Assembly: GCA_965249485.1 (NCBI GenBank)
Contig: OZ252239.1
Coordinates: forward strand, 2,656,001 to 2,720,000
Reading direction: 5' to 3'
Length of the DNA stretch: 64,000 nucleotides
Origin: a bacterium
Lineage (GTDB): Bacteria > SM23-31
In this document: one piece after another, positions 9,261 to 19,150 of the stretch
Layout: each line of letters begins with the position of its first letter
How positions within the stretch are numbered: position 1 is the stretch's first letter
The notes under the pieces: generated by a model
The model's input: only the letters and a program-made list of their open reading frames with translations
What the model was told of the DNA's origin: nothing
Database searches by the model: none
Made by a program: the position numbers and the translations under genes

Positions 9261-10408
9261 AATTCTTCCTCATTCAATTCGTCTGCATAAGTATTGTAGG
9301 TAGCTAAAAAATTCCGTTTCCAATCAGTAAATTTATTTTCACTTATAGCTTTCCGTGCTTCTATGGTTATGCGTTGATAAAAGGTTATATTGTGGAGCGA
9401 TGCAAGTCTCGGACCAAGCAATTCTCCTGCATTGAAAAGATGACGTAAATATGATCGTTCAAATGTTGCACACGTATAGCAGTCACATGTTTCATCTAGA
9501 GGGCTAAAATCTTCTTTATAACGTGCGTTTTTTATAACAAGTCGTCCGGTACTTGTAAATGCCCAGCCATTTCTTCCAACACGCGTAGGAAGGACACAAT
9601 CAAACATATCGATTCCCATTCCAATACATTCAACTATGTCTTCTGGTTTTCCGACGCCCATTAAATATTTGGGTTTATTATCAGGAAGTAAATCTGCAGT
9701 AAAATCAGCAACTTCGTATAATAATTCCTTCGGCTCTCCCACCGACAGTCCCCCAATGGAGTACCCCGGAAAATCTAATGCAGCAATTTCTTCGACTGAC
9801 AGTTTTCTGAGATCTTTAAATGTTCCGCCCTGAACAATACCAAATAAAGATTGTGTGTGCTCGTGATAGTCATCTACTTCTGCCATTGCTTTCTTACTTT
9901 CAGTCGCCCATTTTATAGTGATTCTATTTGAAGTCTGAACATCAAATTTTTTAGCCGGATATCCTATAGGATAATCAAGAGGCATTACTATATCCGCTCC
10001 TATTTTTTTTTGAATATCAATGATCGTTTCAGGTGTGAAATAGTGAGATGATCCGTCTAAATGAGATTGAAACCGGACACCGTCTTCGGTTAAAGTATTC
10101 AGGTTGGACAGGCTGAATACCTGAAATCCCCCACTGTCTGTCAATATGGCTCCCGGCCAACTTATAAATTTATGCGATCCTCCGGCTTTTTTTACAACAT
10201 CGGGGCCCGGCCTTAAATTAAGATGATATGTGTTATTGAGAATAATTTGTGAACCGGTTTGCTGTAATTCATTTGGTGAGAGTGTTTTGACACTACCCTG
10301 AGTGCCAACAGGCATAAAAACAGGGGTATCCACTATGCCATGGTCAGTACTAAGTTTGCCAATACGTGCTTTGGAGTCTGTGCTTTGGTGCAGTACTTTA
10401 AATTCCAA
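9257..10408 (-). CDS. tgt: tRNA-guanine(34) transglycosylase
   Basis: TPVFMPVGT, DSGGFQVFS, GIVQGG, MFDCVLPTR and zinc site CDCYTC...H. Confidence 0.96.
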   Translation of the reverse strand: MEFKVLHQSTDSKARIGKLSTDHGIVDTPVFMPVGTQGSVKTLSPNELQQTGSQIILNNTYHLNLRPGPDVVKKAGGSHKFISWPGAILTDSGGFQVFSLSNLNTLTEDGVRFQSHLDGSSHYFTPETIIDIQKKIGADIVMPLDYPIGYPAKKFDVQTSNRITIKWATESKKAMAEVDDYHEHTQSLFGIVQGGTFKDLRKLSVEEIAALDFPGYSIGGLSVGEPKELLYEVADFTADLLPDNKPKYLMGVGKPEDIVECIGMGIDMFDCVLPTRVGRNGWAFTSTGRLVIKNARYKEDFSPLDETCDCYTCATFERSYLRHLFNAGELLGPRLASLHNITFYQRITIEARKAISENKFTDWKRNFLATYNTYADELNEEEL

Positions 10409-10553
10409 TTTCTGCTCTGTATTACAGTAAAAGGACCGAAAGAGATTTTACTCAAATCAAAGAATGAGTTCAGTATAAAGATCATTTAGCACAATTTCAA
10501 TTAATAAATAACTGTGTCATTTTCAATTCATATTCCTTTCTGCTTTTCAATAT

Positions 10554-10580
10554 AAAAAAGACGGTCATTGACCGCCTTTA
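10554..10580 (-). terminator. Rho-independent terminator
   Basis: Minus strand AAAGGCGGTCAATGACCGTCTTTTTT just after the stop at 10603. Confidence 0.65.
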
Positions 10581-10602
10581 AACAGTTTATTTCACATATG
10601 GT

Positions 10603-13600
10603 TTACCAGTCGCCTGCTAAAGAAATGTAGTACTTAGGTTTTGATGTATTTTCAAGATCATAGCTCCAAGCTACAGCTATCCGGGCATATAACCCGAGCA
10701 AACCAACATTAATTCCCGATCCAAAACCCGATCTTAGATCCTTAAACACTGTCTCTGACAGGTTAGTATTGGGATTAATTCTTTTTTCAGTACCTTTAAA
10801 GCTGCCATCAACCCATGCAGATCCGATGTCTGCAAACAGAAGACCGGAAACATTCTGCATTAATATGGGCAGCGGCCAACCCATCAACAAAGCCTGAATA
10901 AAAGGAAATCGTAATTCGGTATTTATAATAGCATATCTATTTCCAATCAACTCATAATAATCCGTTCCGTGTAAGGGGCCGATCCAATACGAAAAGAAAA
11001 TATCCTGTAAATCTGTCTGGATTCCGCCTTTAAATTTTCTATTTAACCAATTTGGAACGCCGCCTACAAAAAAGGCTTCAGGCGTATCCCCTTCACTCAA
11101 ACCCCCTGACATCCGGAAGGCAAATGAAACATCACGGCTTAACCGGAAATATCTTCTCATATCTCCCATAAGTGTCAAAAACTCAATTTGTTTATCGCCG
11201 CCGCCAATAGGAGGGTTATACGAGACCGATAAGTTTGTTCTCATTCCGTCAATAGGTCCAAACAAATACGGTTGAGACGTATCTCGCACAATATTGAGCG
11301 TTGTCCGGTAAGCCGTTACACTTTGGTTGAATTGATCAGATCCAATGCCGAGAAATTCTTGATTGACCTTTTGAAGGGCAAATGTCAAATCTACCCTTGA
11401 AAATTTACTGAATGGTCTTGAGGTATAAAAGTTAAATCCATAGTTACGCAGCCTGATTGGCACAATAGTGGATGAAGTAAATTGCGTAAAAAAGTATGCC
11501 TGATTGTAGATGCCTATACCATAGTTAGTTTTTCTAGCGAGGTATTGGTATTGCAACTGATAATTGCTGTTCCTCAAATCGAAATAGAGATCTGTAGCCA
11601 ATTGAATTACATGATTTCCGAGCATATCGGAGAACCGAAATATACTCGAACCCTGAACTCCAAAGAACGTATCATAGCCATAATTGCCATAGACAATATC
11701 AGGAGAAAAGGTAATTTTGTAATCGTCAATTTTATAATCTCCGTCTGCCTTGATATAATTTGCAATATCGTCACCAATCACATCCACCGTCGCTCCATCT
11801 TCATCAAGAATATTTCGAACATCTTCATCAAATACATATTGACTAAAATCCTGAGTTAAGACTCCTTCTGAATCTTGCTCCTCATTTGCAAGTAAATTTC
11901 CTTGAGAATCTTTATTTTCTTCTGCAAGCTGTGTGAAGAAGACTGTTTTTTCCATTTTGTCGGCTAAAGATTCCTTTTCGAGCGGATTTTTCATCATGAA
12001 TATATCCCAGCCGCTATTATTATATGCAGAAAAAACTAATTTTCTACCATCATCAGAGAGCGAGAGTTGATAAACACCTGTCAAGGTATTAGTAATGGGA
12101 TATGATTCTCGAGTTTCAAGATCAAAAACATAGACATTTGAAATTCCGGTAGCTTCAGAGATGTACAAAAACTTTTTGCCATCGGGACCCCACGCAGGTG
12201 AACCCTCATTGTATGGATCAAAGGTGATTCGCTCAATATTTGATCCGTCTGAATTCATCAAGTAAATATCTGTCGATTTGAAATCGTGATTAAACATAGA
12301 GTTTTTTGAAAATTGGTTGCCCGCTTGTTTATTTCTGCTGCCAGCACCATTGAATTGCATAGCAGGACTATCAATGTTGCCGAGAAAATTATTTGCGTCA
12401 TTGCCATTACTTAAACTGTAAGAATTGTTATTATTATTATTAATATATTCATCAACATTATTCTTACGGTCGGATACAAACAATATTTTTGAACCGTCCG
12501 GAGACCAGTCAGGAGAGTTGTCGGTAAAATAATCGTTTGTTATTTTTCTGACATCACCAGAATGAACATTATACGCATAAATATCAGCTGCTCCGTGTAG
12601 CGTTCCTTGAAAGGCAATTTCACTGCCGTCAGGAGACCATGCTGCATCAAAAACACCATCAAGACCAAATTTATGTTGATCAAAATCCTTTTTTTTAACG
12701 TTTATTATAGTCAATGCATCCTGATCACCCGCTTTAACAGAAAGAGCAAGATTTTTCCCGTCGGGTGACCAGCTGATGCCGGGTGACAGCCAGTGGAGTT
12801 CTTCCAGGGCGGCTGATTTCTGGCCGCCGATAAGTTTCGAGATAACTTTACCGTCGATAGAAGACATAAGATAGATATCTGCAAAACCATTGACATTGGT
12901 CATGTAAGCGATTTCGTTGCCATTCGGAGATAGTGCAGGACCGAGATTCATTGAGTTTCTCAGTTTCACATGATCTGTCATGCGTGTTGCCATCTCTTCC
13001 GGATTCAATCTGTCACTAATATCCGGCCAATATTTCCTCTTCATGGCAATATCCCATTGATCTACAAGCTTTTCAAAATCCATCCCAAGAGATGATTTAA
13101 AACCCCTGTCAAGGCTTTTTGTAATATTAACTCTCCGCACAATATCAATCACTTTCTGACGGCCGTATTTGTCCTCAACATATCTAAATATTGACTGCCC
13201 CTGCGGATAAGGACTCATCCTATTTGTCTGGAGATAATCGTGAATCGTACCGTCTCTTACGATCATATCTGAACGAGTATCCCATCCAACTGAAAGATAT
13301 TCTGCCAAACCTTCTGAAAACCATAATGGAAGTCGAAGCTGAATACCGCTTGAAATTAAATTCTGGACAGATCCTCCATAAATCATATCGTTTACAAATG
13401 CGTGTACAAGCTCATGATGTAAAACATGGCGGTACTGTGAGTATGATCCTTCATATGGTAGAAATACACGGTTTTTAAATAACTCGGTTACACCGCCTAT
13501 GCCTTCATATAAATACTGGTCTATCACATTTGTTTGTTGAAATTCATTGTGTGAATTGTATAGAAGAACAGGTATTTTCTTTTTAATCGTGTAATCAAAT

Positions 13601-13827
13601 TCATCCTGAAAATTAGTAAGTTCTTTTTCTAATACATCAGCAGCAAATTCAGCAATATATTTTCCACCATCATAAAAGAATATATGGAAATGTGGTGTAT
13701 CGAAGCGTTTCCACTTCAAATCTTTATATTGCACTTTATTTTGCCCGAAAAATTGCGCATTGACGGTTGTTGGTATTAAAAATAACAATACTATATATAA
13801 GGTAACGCTGCGCAAAGTTCTAATCAT
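10603..13827 (-). CDS. Secreted peptidase-MA-like, PD40/TolB propeller and BamA/Omp85-type barrel protein
   Basis: Signal peptide, FGQNKVQY, HELVH...WFSEGLAEY, repeated WSPDG, C-terminal beta strands ending in W. Confidence 0.82.
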   Translation of the reverse strand: MIRTLRSVTLYIVLLFLIPTTVNAQFFGQNKVQYKDLKWKRFDTPHFHIFFYDGGKYIAEFAADVLEKELTNFQDEFDYTIKKKIPVLLYNSHNEFQQTNVIDQYLYEGIGGVTELFKNRVFLPYEGSYSQYRHVLHHELVHAFVNDMIYGGSVQNLISSGIQLRLPLWFSEGLAEYLSVGWDTRSDMIVRDGTIHDYLQTNRMSPYPQGQSIFRYVEDKYGRQKVIDIVRRVNITKSLDRGFKSSLGMDFEKLVDQWDIAMKRKYWPDISDRLNPEEMATRMTDHVKLRNSMNLGPALSPNGNEIAYMTNVNGFADIYLMSSIDGKVISKLIGGQKSAALEELHWLSPGISWSPDGKNLALSVKAGDQDALTIINVKKKDFDQHKFGLDGVFDAAWSPDGSEIAFQGTLHGAADIYAYNVHSGDVRKITNDYFTDNSPDWSPDGSKILFVSDRKNNVDEYINNNNNNSYSLSNGNDANNFLGNIDSPAMQFNGAGSRNKQAGNQFSKNSMFNHDFKSTDIYLMNSDGSNIERITFDPYNEGSPAWGPDGKKFLYISEATGISNVYVFDLETRESYPITNTLTGVYQLSLSDDGRKLVFSAYNNSGWDIFMMKNPLEKESLADKMEKTVFFTQLAEENKDSQGNLLANEEQDSEGVLTQDFSQYVFDEDVRNILDEDGATVDVIGDDIANYIKADGDYKIDDYKITFSPDIVYGNYGYDTFFGVQGSSIFRFSDMLGNHVIQLATDLYFDLRNSNYQLQYQYLARKTNYGIGIYNQAYFFTQFTSSTIVPIRLRNYGFNFYTSRPFSKFSRVDLTFALQKVNQEFLGIGSDQFNQSVTAYRTTLNIVRDTSQPYLFGPIDGMRTNLSVSYNPPIGGGDKQIEFLTLMGDMRRYFRLSRDVSFAFRMSGGLSEGDTPEAFFVGGVPNWLNRKFKGGIQTDLQDIFFSYWIGPLHGTDYYELIGNRYAIINTELRFPFIQALLMGWPLPILMQNVSGLLFADIGSAWVDGSFKGTEKRINPNTNLSETVFKDLRSGFGSGINVGLLGLYARIAVAWSYDLENTSKPKYYISLAGDW

Positions 13828-13858
13828 AATTATTCTCCTAAATGTTACATACTATGAA

Positions 13859-13884
13859 AACCGAATTCTGGAAACAAAAGTTCC
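13859..13884 (-). promoter_or_regulatory. ECF sigma promoter (GGAAC-N18-GTT)
   Basis: GGAAC ttttgtttccagaattcg GTT, 31 nt upstream of ATG 13827. Same layout as the motif before the ECF sigma gene. Confidence 0.55.
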
Positions 13885-13985
13885 ACCTTGAAACCGGCAA
13901 TCTGTCAATTGTTTCGGATCTTTCTATAATTATCGACAATCATCTCATTTAATCGCTAAAAAGTTGCAAATTATCAACATTTTTT

Positions 13986-14013
13986 TAAAGAATTTCTATC
14001 TTCATGACGATAA
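13986..14013 (+). promoter_or_regulatory. sigma28/FliA-like promoter
   Basis: TAAA-N16-GACGATAA upstream of the FlaG-like ORF. Confidence 0.55.
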
Positions 14014-14065
14014 AAATAGTGAAGCCTGACTAATCATAGTCATAACTACAGGGAGGTAGATAAGG

Positions 14066-14245
14066 ATGTCTACTGATTCAATCAGGCAATTAAGCAACTC
14101 TTTTCCGAACTTGACAAATACGCGTGTGCGGTTTGTTGTTCAGGGTAAATTAAAAACAGAAGTGATAAACTCGGATAGCAATGAGGTGATCCGAGAAATA
14201 CCGAGAAGACTTTCTGCAAACGTTTATTTGAGCATTTACGCATAA
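14066..14245 (+). CDS. Small FlaG-like flagellar protein (59 aa)
   Basis: Manual translation MSTDSIRQLSNSFPNLTNTRVRFVVQGKLKTEVINSDSNEVIREIPRRLSANVYLSIYA. EVIREIP resembles the FlaG signature; RBS GGGAGGT. Confidence 0.65.
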   Translation: MSTDSIRQLSNSFPNLTNTRVRFVVQGKLKTEVINSDSNEVIREIPRRLSANVYLSIYA

Positions 14246-14321
14246 TTTTATACGCGGATTTGATTGAGTTCTTATAGTAATACAATTTTGAAGTAAAATT
14301 ATTCCAGAAGTACTATGATGT

Positions 14322-14354
14322 AAATCCTGTTTGTTCATAAACAGGATTTTTTTT
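14322..14354 (+). terminator. Rho-independent terminator
   Basis: AAATCCTGTTT-gttcat-AAACAGGATTT followed by a T run. Confidence 0.7.
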
Positions 14355-14456
14355 ATCCCCTCTCCTCCTCGTTCAACAATAAATTCCGATGACAACATTT
14401 CTAATTGATTTATGATTATTCTCAAAAACAATATTCTATATTTACGCGTTCAGTGT

Positions 14457-15920
14457 TTAACCCAAAAACGTCCGAATCTTACGTTTCAATGCAATTTTTT
14501 CATCAGCATTAAAAAATCGCGTACCATAGAGTATAAATGGGTAAGCTGTTATAACTATGATTCTGATAAAGATATGCGTGTTTTGCAGAAATGTGTCAAA
14601 GAGAAAAAAGAATACTGCACTAATTAATGCGCAATGTATAATTCGTTTATATTCATATTGGATTGAATAGATCTTTTGCGTAACCACGAGCAGGAGAAAA
14701 GCCATACCTGCATAAGAAACAACTTTTGCTATAGCAGCTCCCATCATTCCGTAAATAGGAACCCAATAAAAGTTTAATGTCATATTAAGTAAAGCTGAGA
14801 ATCCGGTTATACCTGCGAGAAACACCGACTTTTTTTTGATGTATATACCGACCACAAAATTTGTGTAAATACCGTAAAATATATAGGCAAGCATAACAAC
14901 TGGAACAATAGCAATTCCATCCCAATATTCCTGTTTAATTAAATATCCGCCGATAATGGGTATTTTAATGGAGATAATATCATATATAAAATATACTATG
15001 ATCAAATAAATCCAACCTGATGTGGCAACAAAATATGTTAATACACGAGCATAAATATTCCGAGCATTTTCATTATTCGAAATTGATAAGAAAAACGGAT
15101 GCCATGCGAATCTAAATGCCGCTACTGCAATCGACATTGCCATTGCTAATTTGTGACCAGCACCATAAACACCGGCTACAGATTCTCCAAAAATTCTTTC
15201 GATAAAAAATCTATCTATTAACTCCATACTGATGATAGAAATACCCGGAATGATATAGGGTAAACCAAAGCTCATGATTTCTCTATAAACTGTGGAAGAC
15301 AAGTCAAAGGTCAATCTTTTTATTATAATCGGAGAAACCAATAAAAAAGTGGCCGCTGACGAAATTAAGTTCGCTATAAATATTCCCTCTACGCCTCTTT
15401 GCATTACAAAATATATATTGAGTCCAATTGTCATACTAATGTTGATAAGTTTAAATAGCATGAAGGTTATAGACCGCTCTTCTGCTCTCATGGTAAGAAA
15501 TGGCAGGACGGCAAGTGCATCAAAGAAAAGTATTCCGGCAGTATATTTGATAATGTGCGAATATTCCGGCGATTCCAAACAAAGTACAGAAAAATAATCG
15601 GAAAATAGTATTATTCCTATACTCAGAAGAGTTGATATGCCTAATACTGAGAAAAAGGCTGTGCTGAAAACGTTTTGATGTGTAAATCCTTTTTCTTTTA
15701 GAACGTAAAAACGGAGGAAAGCAGTATCGATTCCGTGCATGTACAGGACATTAACAAATCCAATAAATGCAAAAATAATAATTGCAATACCATATTCTGC
15801 AGTTGTGGATAACATTCTTGTATGTATCGGAAGAAGTATAAACGAAAGTGAACGCGCAAGAATGTTTGTGATTCCGTATACGGAGATATGAGTAGTGAGC
15901 CGCTTGATTTCGGCGAACAT
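14457..15920 (-). CDS. Polysaccharide flippase (Wzx/MurJ-like MOP superfamily)
   Basis: Many hydrophobic helices; YG...L.R...FILLP N-terminus, IDRFFI and FRFAWHP. Confidence 0.85.
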   Translation of the reverse strand: MFAEIKRLTTHISVYGITNILARSLSFILLPIHTRMLSTTAEYGIAIIIFAFIGFVNVLYMHGIDTAFLRFYVLKEKGFTHQNVFSTAFFSVLGISTLLSIGIILFSDYFSVLCLESPEYSHIIKYTAGILFFDALAVLPFLTMRAEERSITFMLFKLINISMTIGLNIYFVMQRGVEGIFIANLISSAATFLLVSPIIIKRLTFDLSSTVYREIMSFGLPYIIPGISIISMELIDRFFIERIFGESVAGVYGAGHKLAMAMSIAVAAFRFAWHPFFLSISNNENARNIYARVLTYFVATSGWIYLIIVYFIYDIISIKIPIIGGYLIKQEYWDGIAIVPVVMLAYIFYGIYTNFVVGIYIKKKSVFLAGITGFSALLNMTLNFYWVPIYGMMGAAIAKVVSYAGMAFLLLVVTQKIYSIQYEYKRIIHCALISAVFFFLFDTFLQNTHIFIRIIVITAYPFILYGTRFFNADEKIALKRKIRTFLG

Positions 15921-16059
15921 TGAGATATGATTGGGTATTTTGGTGTATGAAAAATAATTAAATGTGGGACTTAAAATATCTATAAGATGCTAAATAAGCA
16001 AGCGGAAAGTCTTTTAAAACAACAACATAATTTTGCCTATCTATACTATGAGGGAAATT

Positions 16060-16536
16060 TTAAAAATCAAAGGTTTTATTTTTATGCATTTCAGTCAATT
16101 CGTTATGATGCCGTTTTTCCTCTTCAATTAATGCTGCAACAGTTCTTTTGCTTTCTTCTGATTTGAGTTTTTTAAGAATATGTTTGTAAAGTTTCAAAGT
16201 GTTTTTCTCTGTTTTGATCCCAATTTTTATAGCCGATAACGGATGCATAGTTTTAATTTCCTCTTCTGATATGCTCGGCAAAATATCTTCTTGAGATATT
16301 TCATTGACAAAAGAGGTAACATCATCATCAAAAGTTGAATTGATTATCAATTCAGATTCTGAGGACTTTAACTTTTTGAATGCTTCTTCGTGACTTCTCT
16401 CATCTTCTGCAAAGTTCTTCAATATTTCTTTTGCTTTTTTATTTTGTGACAAATGAGCCAATCGGTCATAAAACTGCGCCCCATCCCGTTCCATTTTTAC
16501 TGCAAAATCTATAACATCTCTTAATTGTAAATTCAT
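16060..16536 (-). CDS. Rubrerythrin/ferritin-like diiron protein
   Basis: Duplicated E...Y...ExxH pattern (MERDGAQFY...EDERSH; TEKNTLKLY...EEEKRH). RBS GGAGG. Confidence 0.85.
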   Translation of the reverse strand: MNLQLRDVIDFAVKMERDGAQFYDRLAHLSQNKKAKEILKNFAEDERSHEEAFKKLKSSESELIINSTFDDDVTSFVNEISQEDILPSISEEEIKTMHPLSAIKIGIKTEKNTLKLYKHILKKLKSEESKRTVAALIEEEKRHHNELTEMHKNKTFDF

Positions 16537-16581
16537 AATTAACCTCCAATTAGGTGGAGAACAATATACAATAAAACGGAA

Positions 16582-18714
16582 CTACAGCTCAATATTGAAA
16601 TATGTGAGTATGAAATTTATAACCCCCCCTACGAGAAATGCAAAAGGGAATATAAACGCTACTATGCTGACTGCCACTTTCATGCTGAGCTCTTTGATAA
16701 TAATAAAAACATTTGCAATGCAAGGAATAAAAAGCGTTATCGTCACCATTGCTATCAATATTTGATTTGCATTCAGGAGGCCGCTATTTGTAGCATCGAG
16801 CAAATAAACAGCACCATAATCACGCCGTAAAAATCCGATTAGGAATGCTTCAGTTGTTTCAACAGGTAGTCCCAGAAAGTTGACAATAAACGGTTCACAG
16901 AAACTTCTGATAACTTCCAGAGCATGTGTTTTATCAAGGACAAACAGCAGAACTGTGCCAAGTATAAACAAAGGAATTACTTCTTTAAAATACCACTCCA
17001 TACGCGCTATAGTTTTTATCAGAATATTAATAGATTGAGGTTTTCGAAGAGGTGGTAGTTCGAGAATAAACGCAGATGATTCCCCCGGTAGAACTTTTGA
17101 AGCAAGAAAACCGACAAGAATGAGAACGCTCACAACAATCCCCGCCCAAAGAACTGTCGCTCCAAATGATACGCTGCTCATCATCGCAAGAAGTACACCA
17201 AGCTGTGCTGAGCAGGGTACGCCAAGTGCGAGCAAAATTGTCACAATGATTCTCTCTTTTCTGGTTTCCATGATCCGGGTTGTCATGGTTGCCATCGTAT
17301 CGCATCCCAAACCCAACACCATGGGCAGAATCGCTTTTCCATTTAATCCGATAAATTTAAATACTTTATTGAGCATTACAGCAAGTCGTGGTAGATATCC
17401 CGAATCTTCGAGAATACTAAATAGAAGAAAAAAAGTGCCTACAATTGGAAGAACAATAGCAAATCCGTATGAAAGCGCCATCGTAATAACGCCATATTCT
17501 CCTACAAAAAAATCGTGAACGAAACGCATAATGCTTTCGAAAAAAGAGAAAACACCGATATCTCCTATTAAGTAAACAGGTGTGAAAACCTGACGGGTCA
17601 TTTCGATGCCTGTGGAAATTTGATTAGCGGAACTTATTGGTATGGTGAAATTCCAACTGAGAAATTCTATAGCATGAGTATGCTGAAACGGCAAAAGAAA
17701 ATCAAATATCTGGATTGCAGTAGGATTTATATATTGTCCGAATAGCCCAGTTTCAAAAAAATCAACAACGGTACCAGCGCCAAACAGTCCGACAAACCAG
17801 TACATGACATACAATACCGCAATAACAACACCAATTCCCCATATTGGATGCATGATCCAATTCCCGAAATCAGCAGACAACGGTTTTCGGACTTCCTTGT
17901 TAGTCCGATATACCTTTTCAAGAAGAGTATCCACATAATGTAGTCTTGTTTCCGTAATAACGGTCTGAAGAGGAGTTTTCGAGGATTCTTGTGTAGTGTT
18001 AATAATTGCATTAATTTTGTCTATTGTACCGTTGGGAAAAGTATCTGTAAGCCAATCCGTTAATGTTGTATCGCTTGACAGGAGCATGAGTGCTAAAGAC
18101 TGTTTTGATATCGGCAAATCAGGGAGCAACTCCTCTAAATAATTAATGCCTATCAAAATATAATCGGGATATTTAATGCCGTTCCGTGGGATACGTGAAT
18201 CAGAGATACATTTTTTTAACTTGGCTAGACCTTTTTGTTGTATAGCAGTTGTGGAGATGACAGGAATCCCTAAAATATTTTCGAGATTTTGATGGTCAAT
18301 CACTACCCCTCGCGATTGAGCTTCGTCTGCCATGTTAAGATCAAGAACACACTTAACCCCCATTTCTGCAAGTTGAATGGTTACATAAAGACTGCGCTTT
18401 AGATTTTTGGAGTCTCCAATTTGTAAAACTGTATCATAGTCACCTGAAAGTAACAGATCTCGAGTAACTCGTTCATCTTCGGATTGTGGAATGAGACTAT
18501 TTGTGCCGGGCGTATCGGTAACATTGAAAACTTCATCATTGAGCTTCATTTTACCATGACTCAACGATACAGTTGTACCAGGATAATTTGAAACCGTAAC
18601 ATATTTCCCAGTTAGGTATCCAAATACTACACTTTTCCCAACATTTGGATTGCCGACAAGGACAACTGAAGAGGTTTTTCTGGTCTCTAATATATCAGGA
18701 GATGTTTCAATCAT
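16582..18714 (-). CDS. feoB: Ferrous iron transporter FeoB
   Basis: GNPNVGKS, NYPGTTV, DTPG, NMAD, LEDSGYLPR, GVPCSAQLG and FLRRDYG motifs. Confidence 0.95.
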   Translation of the reverse strand: MIETSPDILETRKTSSVVLVGNPNVGKSVVFGYLTGKYVTVSNYPGTTVSLSHGKMKLNDEVFNVTDTPGTNSLIPQSEDERVTRDLLLSGDYDTVLQIGDSKNLKRSLYVTIQLAEMGVKCVLDLNMADEAQSRGVVIDHQNLENILGIPVISTTAIQQKGLAKLKKCISDSRIPRNGIKYPDYILIGINYLEELLPDLPISKQSLALMLLSSDTTLTDWLTDTFPNGTIDKINAIINTTQESSKTPLQTVITETRLHYVDTLLEKVYRTNKEVRKPLSADFGNWIMHPIWGIGVVIAVLYVMYWFVGLFGAGTVVDFFETGLFGQYINPTAIQIFDFLLPFQHTHAIEFLSWNFTIPISSANQISTGIEMTRQVFTPVYLIGDIGVFSFFESIMRFVHDFFVGEYGVITMALSYGFAIVLPIVGTFFLLFSILEDSGYLPRLAVMLNKVFKFIGLNGKAILPMVLGLGCDTMATMTTRIMETRKERIIVTILLALGVPCSAQLGVLLAMMSSVSFGATVLWAGIVVSVLILVGFLASKVLPGESSAFILELPPLRKPQSINILIKTIARMEWYFKEVIPLFILGTVLLFVLDKTHALEVIRSFCEPFIVNFLGLPVETTEAFLIGFLRRDYGAVYLLDATNSGLLNANQILIAMVTITLFIPCIANVFIIIKELSMKVAVSIVAFIFPFAFLVGGVINFILTYFNIEL

Positions 18715-18755
18715 GGAGAATATATGAAATGTGAAATTCGCATTCGTAGTTATGA

Positions 18756-18789
18756 AAACATTATATTATATATGTATAATATAATGTTT
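18756..18789. promoter_or_regulatory. 34-bp inverted repeat (putative metalloregulator operator) over the feoB promoter
   Basis: AAACATTATATTATA-tatg-TATAATATAATGTTT with perfect 15-bp arms. It overlaps a minus-strand TTGCTT-N16-TATTAT promoter candidate (18803-18776). Confidence 0.65.
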
Positions 18790-18884
18790 ACCAATATAAG
18801 CAATAACTTTTAAAAACTCAAAGTAATATTTTAATTTATGGGAGAAAAAGTTTATAAGGCAGGTCGGGTACTGAAAGATGAAGG

Positions 18885-19106
18885 TTACAAATCAACATTA
18901 TCAATTTTCTGCATAATATCTTTTAATTTGCCAACTGTGACGTCCCGTTTCGTTTTGAGTAAATCATTTTCCTTTTCAATAAGTGCAATTCGTTTATGAA
19001 GGGCCTTTATTTCATTTTGATAAAAATGAATCTTGTTAATGAGATACGTAAGCTGATCTTCAGTGTTGCCAAGACGCTTAATTATTATGTCCAGAGAATG
19101 GTTCAT
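18885..19106 (-). CDS. Small coiled-coil protein (ZapB-like pattern), 73 aa
   Basis: Heptad-like hydrophobic pattern across the whole length; directly downstream of the actin-like gene. Confidence 0.7.
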   Translation of the reverse strand: MNHSLDIIIKRLGNTEDQLTYLINKIHFYQNEIKALHKRIALIEKENDLLKTKRDVTVGKLKDIMQKIDNVDL

Positions 19107-19150
19107 TTCAGTGTAGTATCCCCCTGTTGCAAAACTGATTCGCTACTTTA

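Noticed and set aside
12415..12460. (AAT/AAC)n run encoding poly-Asn
   Set aside because: Short in-frame low-complexity loop; not a phase-variation tract or array.
14082..14627. Track ORFs 14082-14285, 14150-14431 and 14412-14627
   Set aside because: No motifs or RBS; they are antisense shadows of the FlaG-like unit, its terminator or the flippase.
16060..16536. Encapsulin cargo ferritin
   Set aside because: No LxIGSL-type targeting peptide and no encapsulin gene in the window.
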